A DNA stretch of 43,017 nt, taken from assembly GCA_002245135.1 (NCBI GenBank), contig NGBS01000302.1:124001-167017 (forward strand), given 5' to 3'. Below, piece after piece: positions 11,150 through 21,385 of this stretch. Source of the stretch: Proteromonas lacertae (Eukaryota). Position 1 is the first letter of the stretch. The number at the start of each line of letters is the position of its first letter. The position numbers were made by a program, and so were the translations under genes. The notes under the pieces were generated by a model. That model was not told the origin of the DNA and searched no databases. It worked only from the letters and a program-made list of their open reading frames with translations.

Positions 11150-12253
11150 ATGGAGATGCCTTGCCTAAACACTCCAGACTATGTAGAAAAAGAAATGTCA
11201 TCGACGCATATGATCAAAAAATTATCAGGACTAAACATCGCTCTTTCTAGTACATCACTTCACAGAGTACCATCAAATCGATTCTGCACAAGCACATTAT
11301 CTTTTGTATCGAATGGATTGATAGCAGGATCTTCTTCAAATATTCCAACAGCACTTGTATCACCCAATAGCTTGCATTCAGCAGCTAGTTATAAAGATAT
11401 GTGTAATCCTTTAGCATGTCGTGCAGCATTGATGAGTTATGGAATACAAAGGGAAGTAGTTAAACATCATATTTTTACTCCAGAATACGCAGCTACAATG
11501 ATTCAAAAGTGTTACAGGAGATATATTTTGAATTATCACATACGAAAGATGGAGAATGAGCGAATTAATACTCGACATGCTTTGAGTGAAGAAATCCTTC
11601 AAAGAAAAGGTGATTTTCCTTGTCCTGAAATATCAATACGTTATGTATTGCGATATAGAGAAAAAGTTAGACCTTTTATTGTAAAATTAGTTCGTCTTTT
11701 ATTCACAAAGAATGTATTATTATTATTATTTATATTAATTTTTAATTAGATTCGAATGACTGATGAAATGAGATTATTAAAATTCTTTTACAGTTGTTTT
11801 CTGAGTAACCGTGACACATTAGTAGATGATGAAATAGCTACATTATTAGTAGATATATTCTGCGTAAAAGGCAGTAGAAATAAATTTGTTGGTTCAAGTG
11901 GTATATTCAGTAATGATCCATTTAATGGTGATAAAGTTGATTTTCAAAGTTTTTTTGGTTGGTTTAATAGACATAAATGTATGGCTGATATGCAATTATC
12001 CAATTTTAAACTGTGGAGGTTTGAAAGATTTGGTTGTTTTGGTGTTCCAACATTCTTTTTCGATAATTGTGTATTGTTAAGAGCAAGTTATTTTGATTTG
12101 GTTTTGCAGTTGAAGAAATATGATGAAGTTAATCCAGGAATTTTCAACTGTGATATTTGTGGTTTAACGTTTTTGAAAATAAGAGATGCTATTAGACATC
12201 GGATATATTGTAGAGAGAAACATAAAACATGTAAACCAAAACCAAAAGAATAA
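11150..12253 (+). CDS. IQ / EF-hand-like / CCHC Zn-finger family, copy 3
   Basis: AATMIQKCYRRY, RKGDFP, DPFNGDKVDFQSFFGW, CDIC-x12-HRIYC. Intron 11714-11749. Confidence 0.85.
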
Positions 12254-12398
12254 TAGCATGTGTATAATAATTATTATGTAAATAATTTATTGACATTTTT
12301 TAGTTTTTATTTATATTATTATTTGGTATGGGTTGATTATATAAAATAAAAATAAAAATAATGATAAAGAATAAAAGATTACTTAAATGATATTTTAT

Positions 12399-13507
12399 TT
12401 AATATTCTATTCTTTTATTATTATTATTCCTGTGAAGATTTATAATATGCTTAGCAACATTCAATACTTTATAATCATTATAACTACAATAGGGACATTG
12501 GAAATCAGCAGGATTGACTTTATCATATATATGTAATTGAAATACAACATCATACAATACACTTCTTAATTCAATGTAATTGTTAAAGAAATAAGGTGGA
12601 AAATTTGAATTTAAATATTTCATTTTCATCTATTTATAATAATAATAAGTAATATATATATATATACAATTCTATATTTTGATATTTGTAAATTATGCGT
12701 AGTTTTATGTATTCTAAACCAACCATAAAAATCCTGAAATGTGATTCTATTGAAATATGGAGATGCTATAAACTTATTGATTATTCCAATTTCATTATAT
12801 TCACAACATAAAACATTTGATATAAAATTACTCACTTCATAAGCTGTTAAAGTATCTCTTTTCTTTGGTAATATACAACGAAATAAAAAGAATAAAATAT
12901 TATATTCGTTTTCACAATTATCATCACAGATTGATTCTATTAAATGTGCTAATTCACTTCTTAAGTCTTTATTATACAATTTTACTAAGAAAGGTAAATG
13001 AATATAACCTGGTTTATCACCTTTACGAAGATACAATTCACTATTTAACGCTTTACGATAACTTTCTCGCTGTAAATACCTCATTTGAAAAATTCTATTT
13101 ACTAAATGACGTCTAACCACACTTTGCACTTTCACTATTTTTGGATCAGTTGTCTGAAGAATGTTTCGTATAGAATTCCTTTCTAGCCCTATTTGAAGCA
13201 ATATTGGACGAAAATTCTTAGGATCAGTCATATAATCATATCCCGATTGTCTTACTCTGGGAGTTGACATAATACGACGAGAGCTCTGCCTAATTGACCT
13301 TAAAGGACTATTTATAACAGTTTTTGGTACAGAATATGCTCTTCTGGGTGAACTTTCGCATTTTAATATACTGATAGCTCTATCTCGAGGTTCTAATTGG
13401 GAACTGCAAAGAGAAGTAAAATTATTCTTCATGGAGCTATTTTTGGTTTCATTAATAGGGACAGAGCCTGGAAGAACTGATGAATCATTTTCAATTGACC
13501 TACTCAT
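12399..13507 (-). CDS. IQ / EF-hand-like / Zn-finger family, copy 4 (C2H2 variant)
   Basis: KIVKVQSVVRRH, RKGDKP, SPYFNRITFQDFYGW, CPYC-x12-HIINLH. Intron 12630-12667. Confidence 0.85.
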
Positions 13508-13651
13508 CGCTTTACCATCAAATTTAATTTTAAAATTAATCTATTTAGCTTGTGCAAAGTTTGAGTAATTCAGTTATTTTTTTTTATTTTGACAAAAATA
13601 GTAAAAGTATATAAAATGTACTATACATATTAAAATTAAAAAAAAATCATC

Positions 13652-14752
13652 CTATTTACAAGGTATGAGGAAGTATGGATTATTCTTCTTCTTACATTGA
13701 ATAATATGCTTTACAAGTTTCTTTACATTTGTAGAACTTGCAGTACATACAGGACACTGAAACAGAGGAGGATTACACATATCAAATTTCAACAAAGTAA
13801 TAGCCACATCAGATAAAGAACTTCTTTTATATATAAAATTAGGAATAAATTGTTCTGGTAAATTATATCCAAAAATCATTGTTGAGAATAATGAAGATTT
13901 TGATCTGACCATATATCTAGTATGCTTCAACAATGCAAACCAATTATAAAATAATGAAAAATCAACATCATCACAATATGGAGGTATAAAAAACACTCCA
14001 GAATAACCTTCTAAATCAGTCTTTTTGAGATTTAATCTCATTACATCAACCACTAATTGAGCTAAATCATGAGCATGTAAAGTTTCATTGGGAGGAATTA
14101 GAAAGCATGAAAATAGGAAATGTAATATATTCACTTCCTCTGATATAGCAATACAAGGTTGAAATAGACGAGATAGTAAGTAAGTCAATTCTTTTGTTAC
14201 ATTACCAATAAAATCAATATAAAATCTACTATTTGTTGGTAAATATCCAGGCCAACATCCTTTACCATTCATCGATTCGTGATATAATACTTCTCTTTCT
14301 ATTGTTCGATTCTGTTCGTAAATTCTATACCTTCTGTTTACTATATACCCACGAAATACTTTTTGTATTAATATTGCAGCTGTGATTGGCGTAAATGACT
14401 TTTTGTGTTTTGACTTTATTTGATGATCTGAAGCATAATTCAGCAAAGCGTTTCTATATTGTGAAGGATTCCTTAATTCATCATAAACTGAGCTAGATCT
14501 TTGACTTAACGAACTTCTGTGAGGTATTGGAGTAATGTTAGTCAACGATGAACGAATGCTTCGAGGTGGCTTTATTTCTGAATTTAAATTAGATCTACAC
14601 AATGAACCATATTTGTTTACTCTCACAGAAGAAGATGAGCCTCTATATGAGTTATATTGTCCAAGATAATCTTCATCTTGATTCTCAGGAGTATTCAGTT
14701 GTAATTTAACAATTATATTTTTTACTCCACTTGAATTTGTTGATACATACAT
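13652..14752 (-). CDS. IQ / EF-hand-like / CCHC Zn-finger family, copy 5 (intronless)
   Basis: Single 366-aa ORF with AAILIQKVFRGYIVNR, GKGCWP, PPYCDDVDFSLFYNW, CPVC-x12-HIIQC. Confidence 0.9.
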   Translation of the reverse strand: MYVSTNSSGVKNIIVKLQLNTPENQDEDYLGQYNSYRGSSSSVRVNKYGSLCRSNLNSEIKPPRSIRSSLTNITPIPHRSSLSQRSSSVYDELRNPSQYRNALLNYASDHQIKSKHKKSFTPITAAILIQKVFRGYIVNRRYRIYEQNRTIEREVLYHESMNGKGCWPGYLPTNSRFYIDFIGNVTKELTYLLSRLFQPCIAISEEVNILHFLFSCFLIPPNETLHAHDLAQLVVDVMRLNLKKTDLEGYSGVFFIPPYCDDVDFSLFYNWFALLKHTRYMVRSKSSLFSTMIFGYNLPEQFIPNFIYKRSSLSDVAITLLKFDMCNPPLFQCPVCTASSTNVKKLVKHIIQCKKKNNPYFLIPCK

Positions 14753-14955
14753 GATTTGCTAACTACGTTTTGTTTTAAAAATTAATATATAAATTTAAAG
14801 TAACAATTTGTCCGTTTTGCAAGATTCTGCAAATTTCTTGAATTAAACATAAAAAATATCAATAATATAAATTCCACAACAACAATTATAAATAAATTAA
14901 ATTCTATTAGATAATAAAATATAAAAAATAAAAAATCACACTATACTCCACAATA

Positions 14956-16063
14956 TCAATTATGCCTCTTTTTACAAATAACAATATGTTTTACAGCATA
15001 TTGTAAATTATAAAACACTTTTTTACATACAGGACAGGAGAATCCATATGTATTTACTTCATCATATTTATATAAATTCAATGCCACATCAAACAACGCA
15101 GCACGATATTTAATGAAATTTTTAGTAAATCTCTTCGGATATTCACATCCAAACACTTTTGACATTAATCTGTTGAATTTGGATATTTGAAACATATTTT
15201 GTGATTTCGCTAATATAATATGACATAATATAATATATATACCTTTAGTATACCAAATATAAAAACCATTAAAATCAATTTCATCATTGAAAGGAGGAAT
15301 CATAAATAATCCTCCACTTCCTTCTAAATCATTTTTATTACAATTATAATGGAATATATCCACTAATAATATCGCTATATCATGTGCACAAACACTTTCA
15401 CTATTTTTCTTTAAGAAACAGGAAAAAAGGAAATGAAGAGTGTTTAACTCCAGTTTAGGATGTACATGTGGTTCTAGTAACCTTGCTACTAAATAATCCA
15501 ATTCAGTATTTACAGATTGGAAATAATTTCTATAAAAATCTGATTCATATGTTATGAATTTAGGCCAATCACCTTTTCTATCACTAATTTCTGCTAATAA
15601 GATATTTCTGACATACTAATAATACAATAAAAATGAGATATTATACTAATGTGTTAATACTCTTTTCTTCTTGATGTCTTATTGTGTGATATCTTCTGTA
15701 ATGCTTTTGAATAGTTGTAGCTGCTTCATCTCTTGATATTCTGTGTGCTACTAAATGATGAGCTGTTCTATTACCCATTGTCAATAATGTCTGTCGATAT
15801 GTAGAAGGTTTTGTTAATTCGTTATATATAGACGATGCAGATTCTCTTCGAGATGAACAACAAGAATGAAGCGCAGCTGGTATGCTTGTTAAAGTATCTC
15901 TACCAAATTTGAGAGGACCAACTAGAACTGGATTTGATGGAGCATCTGATTCAGTATCATTGTATGAAGTACCAAAACTTTCTCTGTTAGAGGAATTAGG
16001 TGTTTCAAGGTCGCTACTAATTGCTGGTACTACAGCTATTTTCTTAACGTTGATTAGACTCAT
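14956..16063 (-). CDS. IQ / EF-hand-like / CCHC Zn-finger family, copy 6
   Basis: AATTIQKHYRRY, RKGDWP, PPFNDEIDFNGFYIW, CPVC-x12-HIVIC. Introns 15616-15646 and 15210-15242. Confidence 0.85.
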
Positions 16064-16262
16064 AATGCGATATTAGTTATACATACTTCACAAAATTAGA
16101 TTTTCAAAAAAACGCAATTTGGGGATATCTTTTGGCTATTTTGGAAACACCACATTTCATTTTAATGAAAAGATCAAAAACCAAACACATTTAAAGAATC
16201 CATACATAATATTATATTAAATTACATTAAAACAACTATCTACATAAAAATAAATTAATATC

Positions 16263-17555
16263 TCACTTTTCTTCTGTTTGACAACGATTACAGTGTACTC
16301 TATGCTTAGCAATAACCTTCAAATCAGTAGATATAAAACTACATCTATTACATGGATATGCGATTGGAAAAATGGAATCATATTTATATAATTGATAAAA
16401 CAAATCATAATAAGAGGATTTCAACTGAAGAAACGTCCTATTAATTATAATATAATAAAAAATAATATATACAGCACAAACTGTTCATTAAATTTAAAAC
16501 CTTTTAATTTTCTAAATTTCATCACAATTCTAGAGGGAGAGATAATTTCAGCGATTTTGCTACTCCAATACCAACTGTAAAACGACTGAAAATCAACTCT
16601 ATTATGAAAAGGATATTTATTGAAAATGCCAAAAGATCCTTCAATTTCATTTCTTTTATATACAGTTAAACCTAATATATCTATTATTAATATAGCTATC
16701 TGATGTGCAGTGACTATTTCACACTTTATATTGCTTCTAGGGGATGAATAACAAGAATGAAGTGTATTTTCATTATTATCTTCTAGTGGAGCGACTTTGG
16801 CTGTATTCTTGTCTTTATTACTCTCTCCTGGAGATTGAACAGTATTTTCATTTTCTATTTCCGATTCACTATTGGAATATGCTGATTTAATTAAACATTG
16901 GAATAACATATGCAGAATTGATTTCTCTTCATTTATCGTTAGATGTTTATTAAAAAGTAAATAATAAACTACTTCATACAACTCTTTATTAGCTTTTGCA
17001 ATTAAATTTTTGATTGAAGGATTATTATATGTTATAAAACCAGGCCAATCACCTCTACGATCTTGTGTTTCCAAAATTAAAAGATTTCTATCATTCTACA
17101 AATGAATATAAAATTAATGGAAATACTTTTCTGTACATCTCATAAGATTCTATCCTTCTTCTTGTCATATATCTTCTAAATGCTGATTGTATCATTACAG
17201 CAGCAGATTGAGGAGAATACAAAACCTTTTTTAATTTTCTTCTTTCTGTTCCTACACTTAACAACACTTTTTTATAATTAGTAGGATCTCTTAATATATC
17301 GTATAAAGAATGATGTTTAGGAAGTGGTGAGTTCTTCTTTGTATTTATTCTAGTGACTAAAGAATGTGATCTAGGAGGAGACATTTCACATCTTAGCACT
17401 GATTTAATCGACTGACGTTCTTCCCTGGATCTGCGAAGTATATCTGAACTATATTTGACTGATAAGTGTCCACTAAATGGTACTGATAATTCTTTATCAA
17501 GGTATTGACCTGGCAATGATAATTCCGATACTCTGTTAGGAGTCTTGACTTGCAT
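16263..17555 (-). CDS. IQ / EF-hand-like / CCHC Zn-finger family, copy 7
   Basis: AAVMIQSAFRRY, RRGDWP, YPFHNRVDFQSFYSW. The last exon, missed by the ORF track, gives YKYD...CNRC-x12-HRVHC. Introns 17096-17126 and 16438-16472. Confidence 0.85.
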
Positions 17556-17692
17556 CTGTGAAAAGAAAAAAATAACGATTTAAATCCCAATTATAAAAAT
17601 TATATTCGTTGTGTAATATAAATGAAAAATGATGAATATAGTGCTATTTATACTAAAACACAAATAATATTACAGGAAAAAAAACAATAAAA

Positions 17693-18763
17693 TTATACTG
17701 ATAATGAGTAAATTAAGTCTGACAACAGAGATTCATCATTTTTGATTGATTTAAACTGAGGCATTAATATTTTACAATAAGCATCTTTATTTTTGTGACA
17801 CATAGCAATAACACAATCTATAATCATTCTTAATCTATTCTTACTTTCTACACTCTGTTTTTCATTACTACTTAATATATCAAATACCTTTACAAATAAT
17901 GATGGATTATGTAATATAACAATTGAAATTAACGGAATTGGAGCATTTTCAATAACATAATAAATATAAGTAATAACAAATGGAGTTAATTTTTGAAATA
18001 ACAACATATCTTCATTGTTATTAACATAATTATTTGTATGATAATAACTCCATAACACTATTTCTATACAATCATTATCATTACAAATATATTTCTTTAA
18101 ATAATCTTCTAATTTATCATTATTATGTAGCAATAATTGTTTTAAATGGTTATAAAGTAATTTACCATAACTTCGCAATAATATTGTATGTGGATTTAAT
18201 AAATAATTAAATATTTCTGTGTTTGTATGTATTGTTGAATTTGATTTTATTATTCTATTTGATATTGTTGTAAGGATTTGAATTTGATTGTTATAATATA
18301 GATTCTGTGACAAACATTTAATCAAGCATTGTCTTATATACTTCACTTCATTTGCATTGGTTAAAACATTTCTGAAAGAAAAAAAGAGAAATGAATCAGT
18401 TGATGTTTGAAGTGTTGATAAATAATATGATTTGAGAATGTGTTCAAATAAATAATGACTTGCTTCTGATAATGAAGGCACTGATATTATAAATTTTAAA
18501 TGTCTTTGTTTTGATAGGAAGGTTAGGTGTTTTTGTAATTGTCTTTTTGATTCACTATCCATTTCTGTTATTATCTATTTTTATATAATTTTATACTATT
18601 CAATTTATACACTTTTAAAGTATTTAGCCCATCCAAATGCTTTATTAAATGTAGTTTCATTCCATTGAAGGAAACTAGGTGTCCAAACTGTAGTCAAAAT
18701 ATCAATAAATGATGATGAATTTTTAATAACAGCATTTACATCATATTTATTCTGTATTGACAT
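17693..18763 (-). CDS. FANCF: Fanconi anemia group F protein-like
   Basis: Upstream exon from ATG 18763 splices via intron 18575-18610 onto the 289-aa ORF. FIDILTTVWTPSFLQWNETTFNKAFGWAKYF resembles the FANCF N-terminal F..LL...T....WD..T..RA..WA.Y motif. Size ~345 aa. Confidence 0.6.
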
Positions 18764-18815
18764 TTTTAAATTATGAAAGAAACGACTATATTTTCACAAA
18801 ATCTTTTTTTTTAAA

Positions 18816-20185
18816 ATGGATTATTCCAAAGTGCCTTTTGAAATTAAGTGTATATATAACATTAATCAAATTTTAGTGATGAGGTTAACTCATGAAGCAC
18901 TAAAATCTGATGAGCCTTCACTTCAATCAATTTCTGATAGTAATTTAGGTCGTGATGTTATTTTAACTCCATCTAAAGATTTACCAAAGAGATTTGGGTA
19001 TGTTTTAATATAAATATTTCTTAGTACTATGTTTAATGGACAGACTTGTAGTTTTATAGTGTCAATAATAAGTAAAAGTTCATCTCCAGTAAAAGATTTA
19101 ACTTATACATGTGAGATCCAAACACCATCAGAGACAATAACATTAGAAGAAGAAGAAAACCAAAATGAGAATCACGTTGTATTAATCGCTTATCTTTAAA
19201 GAATTAAAATAGAAATCCTCTGAAAAACAAACACTAGAAGAGAATAAATGCATTAATTCAATATATAAGTATTTAATCAATGAAATAGGAGTTTATTCAA
19301 TCAATATCAATGTCAAATTCTATGATGTAATAAAAGGAAAGAAAACAACAACATCAAAACTATTCAAATTTCAAGTTGAAGATCCAATCAAAGTCGTATT
19401 ACAAGCGAAGAGTGTAAAAGATCATGTATTTATAGAAACAACATTAAAAAACATATCATCAGTTCCATTTCAACACGAAGTAACATTTGTTCCATATACT
19501 AATACTGATTGGAGTGTTAAAAGTTTAGATATTCCAACTAAAAATACAAATATTTCACCACAGACATCTGTATTTAGAGTAACTCCTTTGAAGAATAAAC
19601 ATTTACTTCAAGGTGCAAGTAGGAAATATTTATATTTAGTTTATAATACATCAGATTCAACAAAAGTACCAATTGTATTTTTTTAATTCTTTTAATTTTT
19701 ATTTTTAATAGACGGAAGAGATAATTGGTCATCTTAAAATACAATGGTGGACATTAGGAGGAGAAACTGGAATAATTGAAACTGATGATATTAAAACTGA
19801 AGTATAAATTATTATTATTATATATTTATTTATAATTGAATAGTCTAAAGAGAATGAAATGTTGATTATTTCCAATTCACCAGATGTTATTCATATCCAT
19901 AAGCCATTTACTGTTACTTTGACAATAACCAATAGTTCAGAAAATGATATAACTGCGAATATTAACTACAGTAATAACAATCCAAATTATACTAACAATA
20001 ATGGTATTATACTTGAAACAAATCTTCATGAAGATATTATAATTAAATCAAATGAAACTATCACAAAAGATTTGAAGTTTATTCCTACTTTGAAAGGCTT
20101 CTTTACAATTAATAATATTAATATAATGGATAAAAGTGGTAAAACTTATAATATAGATCCACTTCCAACTCTATTAGTTCAGTAA
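18816..20185 (+). CDS. TRAPPC13: Trafficking protein particle complex subunit 13
   Basis: K(L)MRL, LPKRFGTMFNGQT, KLFKFQVEDP, VFIETTLKN, IGHLKIQWWTLGGETG and a C-terminal beta-sandwich (PFTVTLTITN...GFFTINNI). About 5 short introns. Confidence 0.85.
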
Positions 20186-20294
20186 TTAACGTCTATACAT
20201 ATAATTAATTAATAACCTTTATATATTAATATAATATTTTAGTTATTATCAATAAAAAGCAAAACATATAGAGAAAGAAAGAGAGTAAATATGA

Positions 20295-21136
20295 TTAAAT
20301 ATCAAATTTGGTGTTATTTATTCTTGTTTCTTCGAACAATTTATCATAAATAGCACTTAATGGTCCTTGGTATGGCAAAATGACTGTATTAGTAGGTAAT
20401 TTCATCAACTTTTCTTTAATGTTATCAATATTGTTCTTATCTTGTTCAGCAACTCCTCGAGTAAGTGTCTTCATATAATAATCCAACACATTTCCTGAAA
20501 ATAAGAAATTACCAATTTGATAACAACTACTACCTTTTGTATAACTTGGACAGTGAATTAATTTTCCTTTTCTACAACCAATTGTTATTTCAGCATCATC
20601 TTCTAAGGGGGTAATCTTCATATTTGGTTTAAGTTGACAGTTAGTTGTAGATTGTTTAACTAGATGATCTGCACATAATGTAAGATCATCTTTATGAATA
20701 TAAATTGGAATATCAAAATTACGATATAATGCATCAGATTCACTCATAGTAAACATTTGTCCACTGGTTAAATGGATAGAAGTGACTTCTACTTGACATT
20801 GTTCAGCTGCTCTCAATATTGCATCATAAGAACAACTTGGATCAATTATAGTGCCTAAATACAATACATAAAAATAATTAATATATGCCTTGACAAGTAT
20901 CTGGAGTATAAACCAACCAAGTATTCAATTTCCTTTTATTTTGGATCATGAATGATTGTAATACTGGTAACTATGTTTAAACAGTAAATAAATTTAAACA
21001 ATACTTTCTTCTGAGCATTTTCTTCTTCAGGTGCTTTTTTCATATTCTTTGTTAAATTAACATGTCTACCACCTCTACCGCAACTACAAATACCACCAAA
21101 GAATCTCTTAGGAAGCTTAACAAATGAACGAAGCAT
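20295..21136 (-). CDS. Metallo-beta-lactamase-fold (glyoxalase II/YcbL-like) protein with degenerate metal ligands and a putative mitochondrial presequence
   Basis: NTWLV, IIDP, IHLTS, PIYIHKDD, HCPSYTKGS, LFSGNVL and ILPYQGP follow the MBL motif order. N-terminus MLRSFVKLPKRFF. Two introns. Confidence 0.75.
20855..20888 (-). other. Non-canonical GC-AG intron (34 nt)
   Basis: CAAG|gcatatat...atttag|GC restores TCQGTIIDP; unspliced read-through hits TAA. Confidence 0.7.
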
Positions 21137-21385
21137 GAATGAATTATGATGTTCAAAAATATATCCGTTTCAACTAATTAAAAAAGTTAAATAAAGGTCA
21201 TAGGAATTAAAGAATACAACATCATTTGATAATTAAAGTCCATCTCCACAACATTACATTTAAACGTGTTTATCTTTTCAATCAGTTGTAATGGATTTAA
21301 AAATCGGTTTTCGGATCATTTCGTTGTTATTTTAAAATTATCAACAACGGGTGTATTAATTTAATAACTTTTAAAATTAAAACTT

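Noticed and set aside
8461..17555. Array as transposon or retroelement relics because of the Zn finger
   Set aside because: No transposase, RT or integrase motifs and no terminal repeats; the finger spacing is not the gag CX2CX4HX4C knuckle; the genes have introns.
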